The notes below the pieces were generated by a model that made no database searches, had not been told where the DNA came from, and saw only the letters and a program-made list of their open reading frames with translations. A DNA stretch of 64,000 bases from an uncultured delta proteobacterium (lineage in GTDB: Bacteria; Myxococcota_A; Polyangia; Polyangiales; Polyangiaceae): contig CAVOKF010000002.1 in assembly GCA_963696385.1 (NCBI GenBank), positions 1-64,000 of the forward strand, read 5' to 3'. Below, piece after piece: positions 62,600 through 64,000 of this stretch. The first letter of the stretch is position 1. Each line of letters begins with the position of its first letter. A program made the translations under genes and the position numbers.

Positions 62600-63080
62600 G
62601 CACGCCGTGTGGCAGTAGTTCGCGGCCTGGCCGCACGCGTCGCCGTCCACGGACCGCCGTCAGAGCTCTCCCAGCATCCTACGGACGGAGGAGGAGCCGG
62701 AGGAGTCGCTGTGCTCGTCGTGCCAGGCGCCGGGAGGCCCGCATCGGCGCGCAGCGCGAAGCTGTCGCAACCGGCGCCGCCGCTCGGCGAGCACCATCCA
62801 CCTGGCCCGCAATCGGAGTCGACGGTGCAGTTGCCGCCCGCATAGCAGAGGTTCGGCGCGGAGGTCGATGTTGAGGGGCGACAGACGCAAGGTCCGACGT
62901 GACAGTAACGACTCCGCCTTTGCTGACTTGAGCGACGATGCGGTGCGGCTGCATGTGCCACACAACGACACCGCCGATCGTGCGGAGGAGCGACGGCAGC
63001 GTAAGCCCCATCGGTCCTCAAGCCGTAGCGCTCAGCAACTCGCTCGATTGCCTTTGCGGCCCGCCCCGTTGGGGCACCCT
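62600..63080 (-). pseudogene. Cys-rich secreted protein fragment
   Basis: NLCYAGGNCTVDSDCGPGGWCSPS. Confidence 0.4.
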
Positions 63081-63088
63081 GGCGCCCC

Positions 63089-63473
63089 ATGGTCCTCGAG
63101 GTCACCGGGCTCGAGAAGCGCCTACGAGGGCATCGTCGCGGTCGCCGGGGTGAGCTTCTCCGTCGCGGCCGGGGAGATCCCGGGTCTGGTCGGACCCAAC
63201 GGCGCCGGCAAGACGACGACGCTCCGCTGCCTCGGGGGCATCCTCCGGCCGAGCGCGGGGACCGTAAAGGTGGCTGGCAGGGACATCGTCGCCGATCCGG
63301 TGGGCGCCAAGCAGCACCTCGCGTTTCTGCCCGACGAGCCGCGCCTCTTCGAGTATCTGTCCGTCCGCGAACACCTGAACCTCGTCGCCCGCCTGTACCG
63401 CGTCGCCGGCTGGGAGGCGAAGGCGGACGCGCTGCTCTCCGAGCTCGAGCTCGCCGACAAGCGGGACGATTGA
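63089..63473 (+). pseudogene. ABC ATP-binding protein, truncated
   Basis: GPNGAGKTT, FLPDEP; stops before the signature motif; frameshift after MVLEVTGLEK. Confidence 0.8.
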
Positions 63474-63754
63474 GCAACTGCGCCGATACGCCTCGACGCT
63501 CATCGCACGCCTCACGGACGCAGTCGCACAATCGCCTATTATTTAGTTAGGTTAAATTAAGAGTCTTCGATCAGCCCATCCGACTTCAACTTGGTCAGCA
63601 TCGGCTCCATGTCGCTCCACTCGAACCGAGACCCGTCGTCGCGCCATCCGAGGCAATCGCCAGCGACGAACTCCCTCTCGGCGAGCAATCGCTGCACGAA
63701 CGGGATCGCCTCGCCGACCAATTCGACGGCGTGACTCGTCCCCACCGCAAGACA

Positions 63755-64000
63755 CCCAGCGACGCTTCCGCGAAGTGTGCGAGCGAGCGTTTCAGAAGGG
63801 CTGCGAGCAAGCTCGCCCATATCATCGCTTTCGCGATAGCGGCCTTGCCCGTATCGAAGGCATGAAGGTTGGCGTGGGATTTGAACTCTTTGAACAGGAG
63901 TTCCACCTGCCAGCGGAGGCGATACAAGCCGGCCACGTCGGCGGCGGAGAAGCGCTTGCGAGCGAGGTTGCTGTGCAGGTACACGAACGTCTTCGCGTTG
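63755..64000 (-). mobile_element. Second IS4 transposase fragment (near-identical to 29561-29806)
   Basis: YRLRWQVELLFKEFKS; about 8 mismatches in 246 bp by eye. Confidence 0.9.

Overview
GC-rich window that looks myxobacterial (Polyangiaceae-like): it has a MYXO-CTERM-type tail, Cys-rich lipoproteins with Asp/Ala/Gly linkers, and an Mx8-like integrase layout. It falls into three zones. (1) About 2.7-17.8 kb is a mostly intact organosulfur-acquisition cluster: class II aldolase-like protein, DszB-like desulfinase, methanesulfonate monooxygenase-like msmAB with no msmC/msmD, a divergent AprA/AsfA-like flavoprotein + ferredoxin + HEAT-repeat operon, an OprO/P porin, a YeeE/YedE pair and a 5-gene sulfonate-type ABC importer. 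(2) About 21.7-37 kb is a decayed mobile region. It holds an IS110/IS1111 element with long noncoding ends inserted at the end of a short repeat, an rve transposase, IS66/IS21/IS4 fragments, an intact IS1634, several toxin-antitoxin modules, an ICE CopG remnant, a tyrosine integrase and two tRNA-derived att fragments. (3) About 37-64 kb is a mosaic of intact accessory genes (BLUF, TetRs, LLM oxidoreductase, GH43-like, GH2, phosphodiesterase) and pseudogenes, two of them split by non-autonomous insertions with visible target duplications. Several 1-nt frameshifts in homopolymers may be sequencing errors. No CRISPR array, rRNA or complete tRNA was seen. All family assignments come from motif recognition by eye, not database searches.
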